From Chiloscyllium plagiosum (lineage: Eukaryota), in the NCBI RefSeq assembly GCF_004010195.1, contig NC_057719.1:5527258-5591257 (forward strand): a DNA stretch of 64,000 bases, read 5' to 3'. The notes under the pieces were generated by a model, which was not told the origin of the DNA, did no database searches, and saw nothing but the letters and a program-made list of their open reading frames with translations. Shown here piece after piece: positions 52,836 to 64,000 of this stretch. Within the stretch, counting starts at the first letter, position 1. The number at the start of each line of letters is the position of its first letter. Position numbers and translations under genes: made by a program.

Positions 52836-55800
52836 GGCTATGAATTAATCTCTTGCAGTTGGTGATTCCACCCCTTTCAGAGATAAGGGCCAGCAGCTGT
52901 TCAGTCTCAGGATTGCTACCAGGAGCAGTGTCCATTGTTTGAATTTCCCCCCCAGGCAGTGGAAATATCCCATGAAGTAGGTTACACAACCTATGTACAT
53001 GGGGTTGGATTTGCTGGGATAATTCTGGGAGGTCTAGCAATAGGGTTGCTTGTGAGGACAGGAAATTCTGAGGGATACCAGAGTAGTTGTCTGTTGGCCA
53101 AAAAGCACCTGATCAGGACACCTCCTTCACTAGGACCACAGGGATCCCAACTGGCAAATTATTCAATTGCCCTTGGTATTTTGTCAGTGATGGTGGAAAA
53201 AAGCCCTTAATTGGCCACTTCAGGTGAACTCAGGATGGGAGGGCATCTGTTACCAATTCCCTTCACATCCACTTTTCCCCCTAGCAGGTGCCAGAAAATC
53301 TCAGTCACATTATGCTTACCATCCCAGAGGCCAGAGAAAAGATTGAGGCACCTGCTCACATGTTAATTGTGACCATTACATAAACTTGAATATCTAGGAA
53401 GATTACTTGTGGTATGTCAACTGGACAATTCCATGTATGTATGGAAAGATTAAGAGGTTGAGTGTAGTGCAGCAATTTCCATATAGTTACTCTTATCAGG
53501 GATCTGTGTGGCTGTTTTGTCAACCTACAAAATAAAAATCTACAGTGCTCATTGCTATGAAATATTTGTTAGCTGCAGAGTTCAAGAACAAATGCAAATA
53601 TTCAGATCATAACTGGCTGATCTAGACACTACTATTCAGTAGTAGACAGCTGTTAGAAAATAATTGCCATCTTGCATTAGTTCGGGATTTGTTGGAGGTC
53701 TGTTGGAGGTCTATTCTCAGTGTTAACTAAAATGTTAGTGAGGCATAATGTTGGGGCTCCTATCTCTCGCTTAGATGGGTTTCAAGTTCAGAAGGAACTT
53801 AAGCATCTGTCTTAAGAATATGCTATATTACCAGAATTAAAATCTTGTCTCACTATTTAGGTGGATGTCAAGACACTGTTCAGATAATATTTCTCTATTT
53901 GTTCTAACCAACAACCAACAACACTGACTGATAATTCTTTTACAAAAAGTACTTAGTAGGCATTGAAACTCTTTGGACCATCATGAGTATGAGAGAGATG
54001 ATATAAAAAATGTAAGCTTTTCTTTTATGGTATCTGTGAGTGGTTGATTGTCACAGCACAGGTAGACGTGGTTCATGGCAGAAAAGGATCAAGCTTTCTT
54101 TAGTTTGTTTCTCAGGCAAATGTTGAGTTACCCAAATCAGTGAATTTGTTTTTTCTCACCATCATTCCATAATCCCAATGTGCAAGTCCCCATTTGATGT
54201 GATGTCTTCATTTATAGATGTTCAAATTGAGGTCCTTAGATCTGAAAGAGCTCTGTAAAGATCTCTTCAGTGCATTGGGAATCAAGTTTTCTGGAACAAT
54301 GTTTTACTTTTAGGTTAGCCTACTTTGTGTTTTGTGTATTAGAATAATGTACTCTCAGTAGTGTTAGTATTTTCGGAAAATTACTAGGAATCTGTTAATA
54401 TTCTCAGCAAGCAACTATACAAAATAATTTTTAAATCAATATCCAATAAAATAGAACAGGAAAAGCAGGACTAACAAAACACAGTGAGAAATGAAAGGTT
54501 TTGTGAGTGAGTAAGAATATCTATGAGACATTTATTCCATGTGATGTTTATCAATAAGTTTAAAATATTCATTAATATAACAAAGATTTATTGCTGTGTT
54601 AAATTATTGAAAATAAGAGATGTAATCATAAGGTTTAATTTGCTATGTTTAACTTTAAAAGCTAAAGTGTTACAGTTTGGGTTTATTTTGGAAACTTTCC
54701 TTAAGAATGTTAGAAATGGTTTCACAATAATTCCTGTAACAAGAATATAAGCCAGCAGTAATACAGACTCAATAGCCATCAATAGTAAATGTTCTGTTGA
54801 AGAAGATGGAAGACTGATTAGTTGATCTGTATAGTGAAATGGAGGGAGCAATAAGATCAATTTTCAATAAAATGCAAAGTCCCAGCATCACCTGCTTTTA
54901 ATGAAGTGCAACATCTTTCTATTTTTGATCTGAAATTGATCTTATACTTCAATTAGTTGCTGTCCTGTGACTCACTACTTTGTCAAATCATGATATTAGG
55001 ACTGCTCAGTCTAATATTACAGCTGAAGCTGACATTATAATAAAAATAAGATTCGGTCAAAGCATTTGCTAGTCCAAAAGCTGATGTACACATTAGCTCT
55101 GCATGTTAGCAGAAAGCTTTCATTCTTGACTTGGCTGTAGTATATAACAAAATAAATAAATATCCTGGAGATGACATTTTTTCTGTAACTGTAATAGAAT
55201 GAAAAAAAATTGTTAACAATGTGCAATTATAGATAATTAGGTTTAAAAATGTAAAGCCTAGGATACACCAAACAAAACTGTTAAGGTTTGTCTATGTGTT
55301 GTAGCTTAGATCACTAGACTCTATCGTGATAGGACCTTCCAATGTTTCTTAGAATTAAATGAACTATGATACATATAAACCCCTTTATTTAGAATTTTGT
55401 AGGACAGTACAGTGAGCATGCTTCAATATTAAATTCATTATAGAAGTCATCCTCTCATTGTTACTTCTGTATAACTAATCAATGCCTGCTTTTCTTTAAA
55501 ACAATATTTCTGGACCTGAAATGGCCATGTTTCATGATGAAGGCATCAAAACCCTCATTAAACAGGTTTCAATGAGTACCTCAAACTATAAGGACTGAGT
55601 GTCAAAGCTAAATGACTTCTCGGTAACTATTTTCTGTCAGACCTACCATTTGCATCTGATTTCTTTATGGATTCAAACCATTCCGCTGTTTCGAGGAAGA
55701 AAACAAATGACATTGTTTTTGGGAACATTACCAGAGGAACAAGAGAAATATTGAATCAATGCATTTACCTGATCCAATTTCAAAAGGATATTATCAAACA

Positions 55801-57164
55801 GAATCAATCATTCAAACAAAAAGGAACTACCTCAAACACACAGGTGTTATGCAGCAGTACAGGATGTGTAATCAAAATATATTATTGTCTTTAGGAAAAG
55901 GATTTAAAATTATGGAAGTATGATGAGGAAGCTATTTTATTATCTGCTTTTGAAGTCATCAAGATGTTGTTTTGAAGACACTTCCCCTAGAAGCATTAAA
56001 TTAGTTGCAAACCATCGAGTAATTATCAGCAAAACTTTGTACATCGAACACAGAGTAAGAAGGACTTCTACAACCTGTTTGAACTTTGACTTTACCTGAG
56101 AACCTATTTCCTACAAATTCACCTTCAAGAATCTCACAGCTTACTGAGAAACCGTTGTTTTACAAGACCCTCACTTCAATTTTAAAGCTTCATCCACATC
56201 TGAGAAATGACAAGCCTGCCATGAAAGAGACTGAGATAATTATCAGTGATAAAAGTATATATTACCTTAATCTGGATCTAGTTTTTTGTGTGAGTATATG
56301 TGAAACAAGTGAGTGAAATGTTTCATTATTTTGGGGTAATTGTGTGGAAATAAATAACCTTCTTTGTAAAAACAAATTGTAAAAGCATTATTACTGAAAA
56401 GAATGATTTGGAATTCATGTTGTATAATGGTAGGAAAATGTACGCATAATTTTTAAATGTAGACATACTAATCACAGGCAGTAAAGAGGACGTAAATTTC
56501 TGTCTCTGACATAGGCTTAGTTCCACATTATAACAAAGCTATAAATGTATTGCCTTCTTTATGGCTGGTAAATGTAAATTTTAATTCTATAATTTGGAGA
56601 AATATCAACAAATGTTTTATGACTAGGTGTGTAGATTGTTATTGCTCTGTAACAAAGGTACCTCTTATGAGTTGAACAAAATATTCATGTCTAGACCTGT
56701 CACTTAATAGCTACTAATCTCTTATGAGTTCGCTTATGAGAGCTGTAATATGTGTTATTAAAATGTTTTATTTTAAATACTGAGTTAATTTGTTCTTGCC
56801 AGGTTAATTGTTAGCAAATTGCTGAAGTTATTTGATTATCCTGCAACATGTTTGCTTTTAGCTTCACAACAGAAATGAGGTGGGATATTTGATCAATTTA
56901 GCTTTCACTTGAATGAATTCTACAGTCTGTCATTTGCTCCCAATTTTTTCTTTAAAATTCCACTTTTTTTGTCTTGATTACACTATCGGAAGTCCATTTC
57001 ATAGTACTTTTTCAGTCAAGAAGAATATTCTGATAAGTCCTAAAATTATCCTTTCCTTGCTTGAACTAATATTCCTTAATTCCATTATCACAGTTCATAG
57101 TAATATTCCAGATCAGCTATCCTTCAACAATCTTGATGCTGCTATACAATAATTTCTCCAATGC

Positions 57165-58240
57165 CTATTTTCAGGGATGTGTTTCTCATGTGGCTTGACT
57201 AGGTCACTGCTGAGATGATGATTCCCTTGGGGTCTGAGAACAAGGGTCGTAATGGTAGGCCATTTAAAAGACTCAATAGAATTCTGTACCCTAGAGAGTG
57301 GTGAATACTCACTTATTCAAGACAGAAGTCATGTAATAGTTAGGCATGAGAGGTATTGAGGGATATGAGGATAGTGCAGGAAGTGGAACTGAGGTAGGAA
57401 GGACAGTTTTGATACTATTGAACAGTGATGGTCTAAAAAAAACAAATGGCTCTCAGAAACTCTTATTTCATATGGCTTTTTATGTAGACCACCCAGTAAT
57501 TTGGGCCTTTAATGCTTGAAATTAACAGTATGCCAGTTTCCTGCATTGCCCTCAGTGCTTTACTACCTGTCTTGCTTATTGGTATCCAGACTGGATGCAT
57601 TACTCAAGGTGTAGTCTGATCAAAATACCCTAAAGCTAACACTACCTATTATGAATTATATTCAAATCTTCTAGTTATACATTTCAAACTGTTGGCTTTG
57701 TTGATTACTGTTCTGACTTTTGTTGGTCATGATGAGTAAACAATCTACTCAAATTACTAAATCTCTTTCAACTTCCTTTATAATTATTCCAGCAGTCTTC
57801 ATGGACTATGTGGCTTCCCATTTTTTCTTAGACACAATAGTTTATGCTTTTATGCATCAAATATTATCTGTGATTTTCTTACACATAGGTGGCTTGTGAA
57901 AACATTTTGTAACGCTGAGCTGCTCCTTCTGTTTCCATTACCCCTTGCATCATCTACAAAAGTTAGAACGTTGCATTGAGTTCCTCAGTTTTGGTCATTG
58001 ATATAATTTAGGGACAATGGTGATCTAAACTCTGACTCTTCAATCCATACTCATTGTTTCTTGTGTTTTAATCAATTCCTCGTCTGATTCCAGGTTTCCT
58101 CTCAATCCCAAAAACTTTAGATAATTATAGCCCTTTAATGAAAGCCTTTTGGAGGTTGAAGTCCAACGTGTCATAAGAATTACAACAATTTACTTGAGTT
58201 TGTTATACCATCAAAGAAGTCGAGAGATTAGAACTCTCTC
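57165..58240. mobile_element. Very old CR1 fragments (+ strand tail to ~57485, then minus-strand RT)
   Basis: Degenerate versions of CR1 3' and RT motifs seen elsewhere in the window. Confidence 0.5.
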
Positions 58241-58941
58241 AATTAGAAATTGATATTGAGGTTGAAAAGCTGTGGACACAGTAGTTCTGATCAGACCATG
58301 GAGAACCAGTGTGAGATCTATGCTGGCTGTATTAGGAAAGGGTCTCAAAATAACACTCAAATCAGGCACTGGCAAGCCGAATGGCTAGACTTCCACTGCA
58401 ATTAAGAACCCTGGGATAGAAGATCTAGCCAGTTGGAGGCTGCCTGTTCTTGCACCAAACACCTTGGAGGAAGTGTGGTTACTGTGAGCAAAGCCCCAGG
58501 ATCACAGAGAACCCAGACTAATGTAAGTAATTTGTTTGAGGGGGGGGGCAGGGAGTTGGATTTCTCAGTTCGAGGTGGAAGTCAGAAGTTAGGACAGGGG
58601 TTTGCTCCTAGCAGACATCCCTGCCCTATCATATGCCCAGTTCCTTAATCAGGCACTTTTCATCAAGTCCCCCACCCTCCCCACCCTTCGAGGTGATGGG
58701 CTGCATGGTGACAGGGCTGCCTGTAGCTGAGATAATGGCTACGTTCAAGCCCTTAGTGATCCTTAATTGGTCACTTAAGGACCTCGTTAGGTAGTAGGTG
58801 GAAATGTCTACCATTGACCATCATACTTAGAACTAAACTGCAGTGGAATCGAGAAAGTGGCAAGGTTTGAATATGCCACCACCTCGTCTATTTCAGTGCA
58901 CTTGCTGCCTAAGAGTGTGTGGACTTCTGGAGTAGAAGATT

Positions 58942-59139
58942 TTGGATAAGTGGTGCTGGAAAAGCACAGCAGTTCAGGCAGCATTCGAGGAGCAGCAAAA
59001 TCAGGAATAAATTCCTGATGAAGGGCTTTTGCCGGAAACGTCGATTTTGCTGCTCCTCGGATACTGCCTGAACTGCTGTGCTCTTCCAGCACCACTAATC
59101 CAAAATCTGGTTTCCAGCATCTGCAGTCATTGTTTTTAC
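58942..59139. mobile_element. Penelope-derived fold-back with + strand hammerhead core (59011-59046)
   Basis: Exact 18-bp direct repeat cttctggagtagaagatt (58924-58941 / 59140-59157); core attc-CTGATGA-a-gggc(tttt)gccg-GAAA-cg-TC-gatt. Confidence 0.83.
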
Positions 59140-59889
59140 CTTCTGGAGTAGAAGATTCAACCCTAAGATGGTGGTATGTTAATGTTATTAGTTTTTGTCT
59201 TATTGAAGATTATGTTGAAAATGGTTAATGGTCATGATGGTTTTTAGCATTTCTTACTATCACTAATTGTTTTGGTTGTCTGTCCACCATCATCAGCAGA
59301 ATATTCATGGGGTTGCACTTCGGCTTAGTTCATTTGGAACCAAACTTCCAATTGTGCTTTATCAGCTTTGTTTTTTTTTGCTTTGTTGAAAACTCTACAA
59401 AAACATGGCTTGTTAGTGCCTTGACAAAACCTTGACACCTGCTTGACGGAAATTGAACTAATGGAACTACTAACTCCAGATTGGCTTGTCCTTAGCTTAG
59501 AAAATTAAACAGGATGCTGGCCTGTGGATCTTAAAATGTTGTGCTAGCTCTTTTTTTTTCAGGGTTGGTGCACAAGTGTTTGATTATGCAGTTGTCCCTA
59601 ATGGCTGATGCTTATTCATTCCTGTATTTATTGATTCAGCCAGAATACTTTCAGTTCTGTGTTGCTTGTTATGTATTTAAATTTCAAATGTAGTCAGAAT
59701 TCCTCAAATGTAAAGCTCTAATATAAATCTTTGCATTGTGCATTCTGGTGAAAAGATAACCAGCCTTCAAACCAGCTGACTTTTTTGCCTACATTTTTCA
59801 TATACAATTTTATCAGGCGTATCAGAAATCTTAAGAAAAATGAGACTTGCAGAAACGTGATTGCTTTGCTGGGCTACATTTCATAGGAC

Positions 59890-60216
59890 ATAGAATCACT
59901 GCAGTGTGAAAACAGGCCCGTGGCCAAACAGGTCCACACTGACCCTCCAAAGAGTAACCCACCCAGACCCATTCCCCAACCCTATATTTACCCCTAACGA
60001 ATGCACCTAACCTACATGTCCCTGAACACCATGGGCAATTTAGCATGGCCAATTCACCTAACCTGCACATCTTTGGACTGAGGGAGGTTATTGGAGCATC
60101 CAGAGGAAACCCACGCAGACTCGGGAGAATGTGCAAACTCCACAGAGACTGTCGCCCGAGGCTTGAATCAAATCTGGGTCCCTGGTGCCCTGAGGCAGCA
60201 ATGCTAGCCACCATGC
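59890..60216 (-). mobile_element. HE1/V-SINE-type SINE
   Basis: Homologous to 16718-17016, more diverged. Confidence 0.87.
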
Positions 60217-60432
60217 AAGAGTTACAGTGCAAAATTGGTTTTAATAACTTTTAAATACACATGAGAAAAATTAAAAGGTGAATTTCTATGTGTTTAATGT
60301 TATGGATTTGTGCCACTGAACACAAATTTCTGTTTCATAATATCTGCCTTGTATTTGTAAACTTTCTATGTTGTGCTATTTTGGATTGCAATGGTTCAAT
60401 CCTCATGTATAATGTTTTATTTTGTGTAACAG

Positions 60433-60548
60433 ACTACGTGAATGGAGGGGAATTGTTTACTCACTTGTCACAGAGGGAACGTTTCACAGAGCATGCAGTG
60501 AGAATATACAGTGGGGAGATAGTGTTAGCACTAGAGCATCTACACAAG
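60433..60548 (+). CDS. RPS6KA5: RPS6KA5/MSK1 internal coding exon (exon 4), 116 nt, phase 1-0
   Basis: Acceptor tttgtgtaacag| and donor |gtaagc. Encodes (D)[38 protein letters not shown], continuing the MSK1 N-terminal kinase domain. Confidence 0.97.
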
Positions 60549-61567
60549 GTAAGCTGTACATTTATTGGTCAAGAACGACATTTGGCAAATGCATTCTCTG
60601 TCTATTTCTGTAGTTGACTAGGTGTACAGGATACAAGACATGAATTAGGTGAATATCTTAACTCCAGTGCTTCTGAAATTTTAAAGAAAATTGCAAATGT
60701 CTTTATTGCTTTGTTTTATCTGTGCTAACACTTGTACAGTTAGTTAGTTTGAAAGTAAAAAGCTTTGTTGCTTGTGTAAATTTAATATTTCCTGGTTGTA
60801 ATCTCATATCAGTGATTTAGTGTGTAGTTGAAATGTCACTGGACTAGAAAGCTGTTAACCCCTTTAATGTGCAAAATAGAAACATTTCTATGAGAGGATG
60901 TAAACTGGTATCAGGATCACATTCTATTCTTTATTGGCTGTGGGTGTTGCTGTAACGTCATATTTTTTAAAATTGTCTTCATGGGATGTGGGCATCACTA
61001 GTTCAGCCAACATTTATTGCTCATGTCTGGCTGCTTTTGAGAAACATAGGACCAAGAGCAGGCAATTTTGAGCCTCCCCACCATTCAGTATGACCATGGC
61101 TGGTTATTCAACTCAGTACCCTGTTTCCACTTTCTTCCCATATCCTTTTGAGGTGGATGGTAGTGGCGGCTAAGGTGATGGTGAGATGTCTTCTTGAATT
61201 ACAGCATTCCAATTGCTGTCGGTATCTGCTGCCTTTGTCCTTATAGATGGAAGGTGCTGTCCAAGGATCCTTGATAAATTTCTGCAGTGCATCTCCTACT
61301 GAGCAGCATTTAGGTAGGGATTTTTTTTTTGGACAATTTGAAAGTGAAGAATGCGAATCATTCAGCCAAAAGAACCGGGAAATGTGGGTCATTCAAGGAG
61401 AAGAACTAACATTAGCAAAACCATGGTGAACTGAACTGCCTCTAATTCCTACAGTCTGTAATTAATATCTCTACAATTTCTGCAAATTTCAGGAGATTAA
61501 GAATGCTGTTTTCTTCATAAATATAGAAGCATAAATATGTTTGGACTATTTTGTTTAATAATTTTAT

Positions 61568-61712
61568 AGTCAAAAGTGTGGCGCTGGAAAAGCAGGTGAG
61601 GCAGCATCTGAGGAGCAGGAGAATCAATTTTTTGGGCATAAGCCTTTCATTAGGAAGTCCAGCATGACACGTTTCGACTAACTCTTCAGCATCTGCAGTC
61701 CTACTTTCTCCT
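61568..61712. mobile_element. Degenerate Penelope-derived insertion
   Basis: gtgtggcgctggaaaagc..ggagcaggagaatc arm and cagcatctgcagtcctactttctcc end, as at 13547-13664. Confidence 0.7.
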
Positions 61713-62211
61713 TAATCATTTTACATACAGTCCCGTGTAAACAACCTCCATCACCGCAGCCTAAATAATAATGTTATTGTGAAATGCCTTGCATCATTAA
61801 AGGCACTATATAAATATAAATTATTAATTCTATTGGCTCCTTCTTCCAATCATCAATAAGTGTTGGAAGTACCAATTCTAATACAGATTTGGGGGGGGGG
61901 GGGGGGGAGCCTTGCCTGTCATTCCTCTGTCTCAGATTGGATTTCATTACACATTTTTTATTCTATCATTGCCAAGCTGAGATTCGATCTTTTGAGCCAA
62001 CATTGTGTCTCCTGATTTTATCAACTAGTTTTTTTTGCAGGAGATATCTTATAAACCCAAAGAAGCTATCATTACATTCTCACCCTTAACAATAATAACA
62101 AAACTTTATAGAAGGGCATTTAACATAATAAATCATCCCAAAGCAATTCATTTAGTCACTTTGTCAAAAAAAAATGTTACCTTGGTCACAAATGACCTCC
62201 TTTTCTACATG

Positions 62212-62345
62212 ATGTGGAGGTGCTGGTGATGGTCTGGGGTGTACAAAGTTAAAAATCACACAACACCAGGTTATAGTCAACAGGTTTATTTGGAAGCACT
62301 AGCTTTCTCCAAAACTATAAACTGGTGTTGTGTGATTTTAACCAA
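62212..62345. mobile_element. Fold-back remnant of the Penelope family seen at 5918-6125
   Basis: aaaatcacacaacaccaggttatag pairs with ctataaactggtgttgtgtgatttt; only the GAAAGCTAGTG half of the core remains (minus strand). Confidence 0.72.
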
Positions 62346-63409
62346 CTCATTTTGTGTGTCCGGGCTCAGTCTTACCATGTAGTTTTGATCTTCCTTAATG
62401 TTCCATCAATTTGGTCTTGCAATTGTTTTGGCAATTGTTTGTCAACAGTTTCCTGGTGTGAATATAGAGTTATCAGTTTCTCGAGCCCCTTTTTAAGTAA
62501 GGGCATTATGTTTTCCATTTTTCTATCTAATGAATCCCTAATTTTTAGCCAATAAGTCTTCCAGCATATTATCTAGGCTTGTTTGGCCTGTTTTTCAAAG
62601 CCATGGACTTCACCCTTTTTAACAATTTCCCATTTTATGTTCAAATGTCTTTAAGTACATGCAAGGTACTATATGAATACAGGGTTCTTTGATGAGCTTT
62701 CAACACCTATACCTTTATAGGTCTCTTACTGCCTTTGTTTCTGTTGAATCATTGTAGCACTAAAGGAAGCCTCTAGTGCCATTAACTTCTCTTAACAACT
62801 CTTTCCATTGTCTGGTGTACAGATTACCTGTCTATTTTCTTTGTCTCTTCAAACTAAACTCCAGATAATTCCACAACTACTTTCTCTCGAGCTTTTTCCC
62901 TTCCCATATGCTTTGTCCTGAAGCTCTTAAAATGCTTGCTCCTTTTAAAATTATAATGAGGGTTTACAGTCTGCAATGTTAAGACAGTAGTTCTCTGTGC
63001 AAATTCTGGCTGTGCTATGTGTTTCCAGCATTTTCAGGTTTTTGCATTTGACTTACATTCATGTAAATACTTGGCTGACTCCTGTCTAATCCACCTGATT
63101 TACTTACTCAGATCTTATTCAAATATTCACATCAAACAATTTCACTGTATTACCTGCCCAATTTTGACCGGCAAGGAATACCCTTTTGTTGTACCAGCCT
63201 GCTCATTTGTAACTACACTTGAGGCATTGAATCTTAGATGGAAAGAGAGTCCATGTTTGAACTTGCAACCAGTTAACTATGGAAAGAGTGCGCTTAGTAG
63301 ACTAATTTAACCCTTCTTCATTCCAACCTTTCTTTTTACCTGATCTCAGAAATTAAGCTAATATGAACAACACAGGTTGCTTTTGACTCCATTTTGAATT
63401 TCATTTCAG

Positions 63410-64000
63410 GAAGGCTGTACTTTGTCCTGACAAATGGTGATTGCCTCTGAAAGAGGAAAGGTAGCTACAAGGGCATGAGGGAGGAGCTGGCCAGAGTTGA
63501 TTGGAAGGGGAACCTAGCAGGGAGGAGGGTGAAGCAGCAACATCAGGAGTTTCTGAGGGTAATTTAGGATGCATATCAAAAATACATCCCTACAGTGCTG
63601 AATTAGTCAAAACAATTAATAGGAGTCAACACAGCCATGACTGACAAAGGGAGTAAGGGATAGCGTAAAAGCAAAAGGAAAAGCATACTATGTGGTGAAG
63701 ATGAGTAGAAAACCAGAGGATTGGGAAGTCTTTAAAAACCGGTAGAGCATAACTTTAAAAACCAATTGGGGGTAGAAGATGAAATATGAGGGTAAGCTAG
63801 CTAGTAATATAAAAGATGATTATAAGAGTCTTATATGGGGATAAAAGCGTTGCAAGAGTGAACATTGGATTGCTAGAAAATGATGCTGGCGAATAGTAAT
63901 GGGAAACACAAGAATGCCAGAGGAACTGAATACGTACTTTGCCTCAGTCTTCATTCAAGCAGCATGCAAGAACTTCAGGGGACAGAGGTGATTAGTGTCA
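63410..64000 (+). mobile_element. CR1 ORF2 linker fragment running off the window
   Basis: Decayed PWLTKGV, KPEDWEVFK, EELNTYFASVF motifs. Confidence 0.75.

Noticed and set aside
55667..56316. Nested protein-coding gene (ORFs 55667-55894 and 56086-56316)
   Set aside because: Short, no recognisable domain; other frames on both strands are interrupted by stops.
60288..60617. 109-aa ORF with kinase segment
   Set aside because: Intronic extensions around exon 60433-60548.
61891..61907. G17 run (also C-runs at ~21359 and ~26745) as functional G-quadruplexes
   Set aside because: Simple homopolymers, prone to slippage and sequencing error; no supporting context.

Overview
Eukaryotic (vertebrate) genomic DNA, most likely a cartilaginous fish (shark), inferred from HE1/V-SINE-type SINEs and dense CR1, Rex1/Babar and Penelope debris. 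The window lies inside one + strand gene, RPS6KA5 (MSK1 kinase). Three internal coding exons are visible: 14725-14796, 31340-31558 and 60433-60548 (72, 219 and 116 nt, all with AG/GT ends). They splice in frame to the start of the N-terminal kinase domain. The first exon and all later exons lie outside the window. The rest is intron, mostly transposon remnants: many CR1 LINE fragments, Rex1/Babar LINEs, a decayed two-LTR Gypsy provirus plus solo LTRs, several SINE families and a Harbinger trace. There is a 500-N assembly gap at 17758-18257. The most notable unannotated signal is a set of short Penelope-derived fold-back insertions with 15-18 bp target-site duplications that carry minimal hammerhead-ribozyme cores (CTGANGA..GAAA-palindrome-TH). 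Three of these cores are on the pre-mRNA strand. Young inverted repeat pairs also bracket the two phase-symmetric exons. I see no evidence of a wholly new gene system; the ribozyme/Penelope link is known in general and needs testing here. Repeat boundaries were read by eye and are approximate unless a TSD is given.
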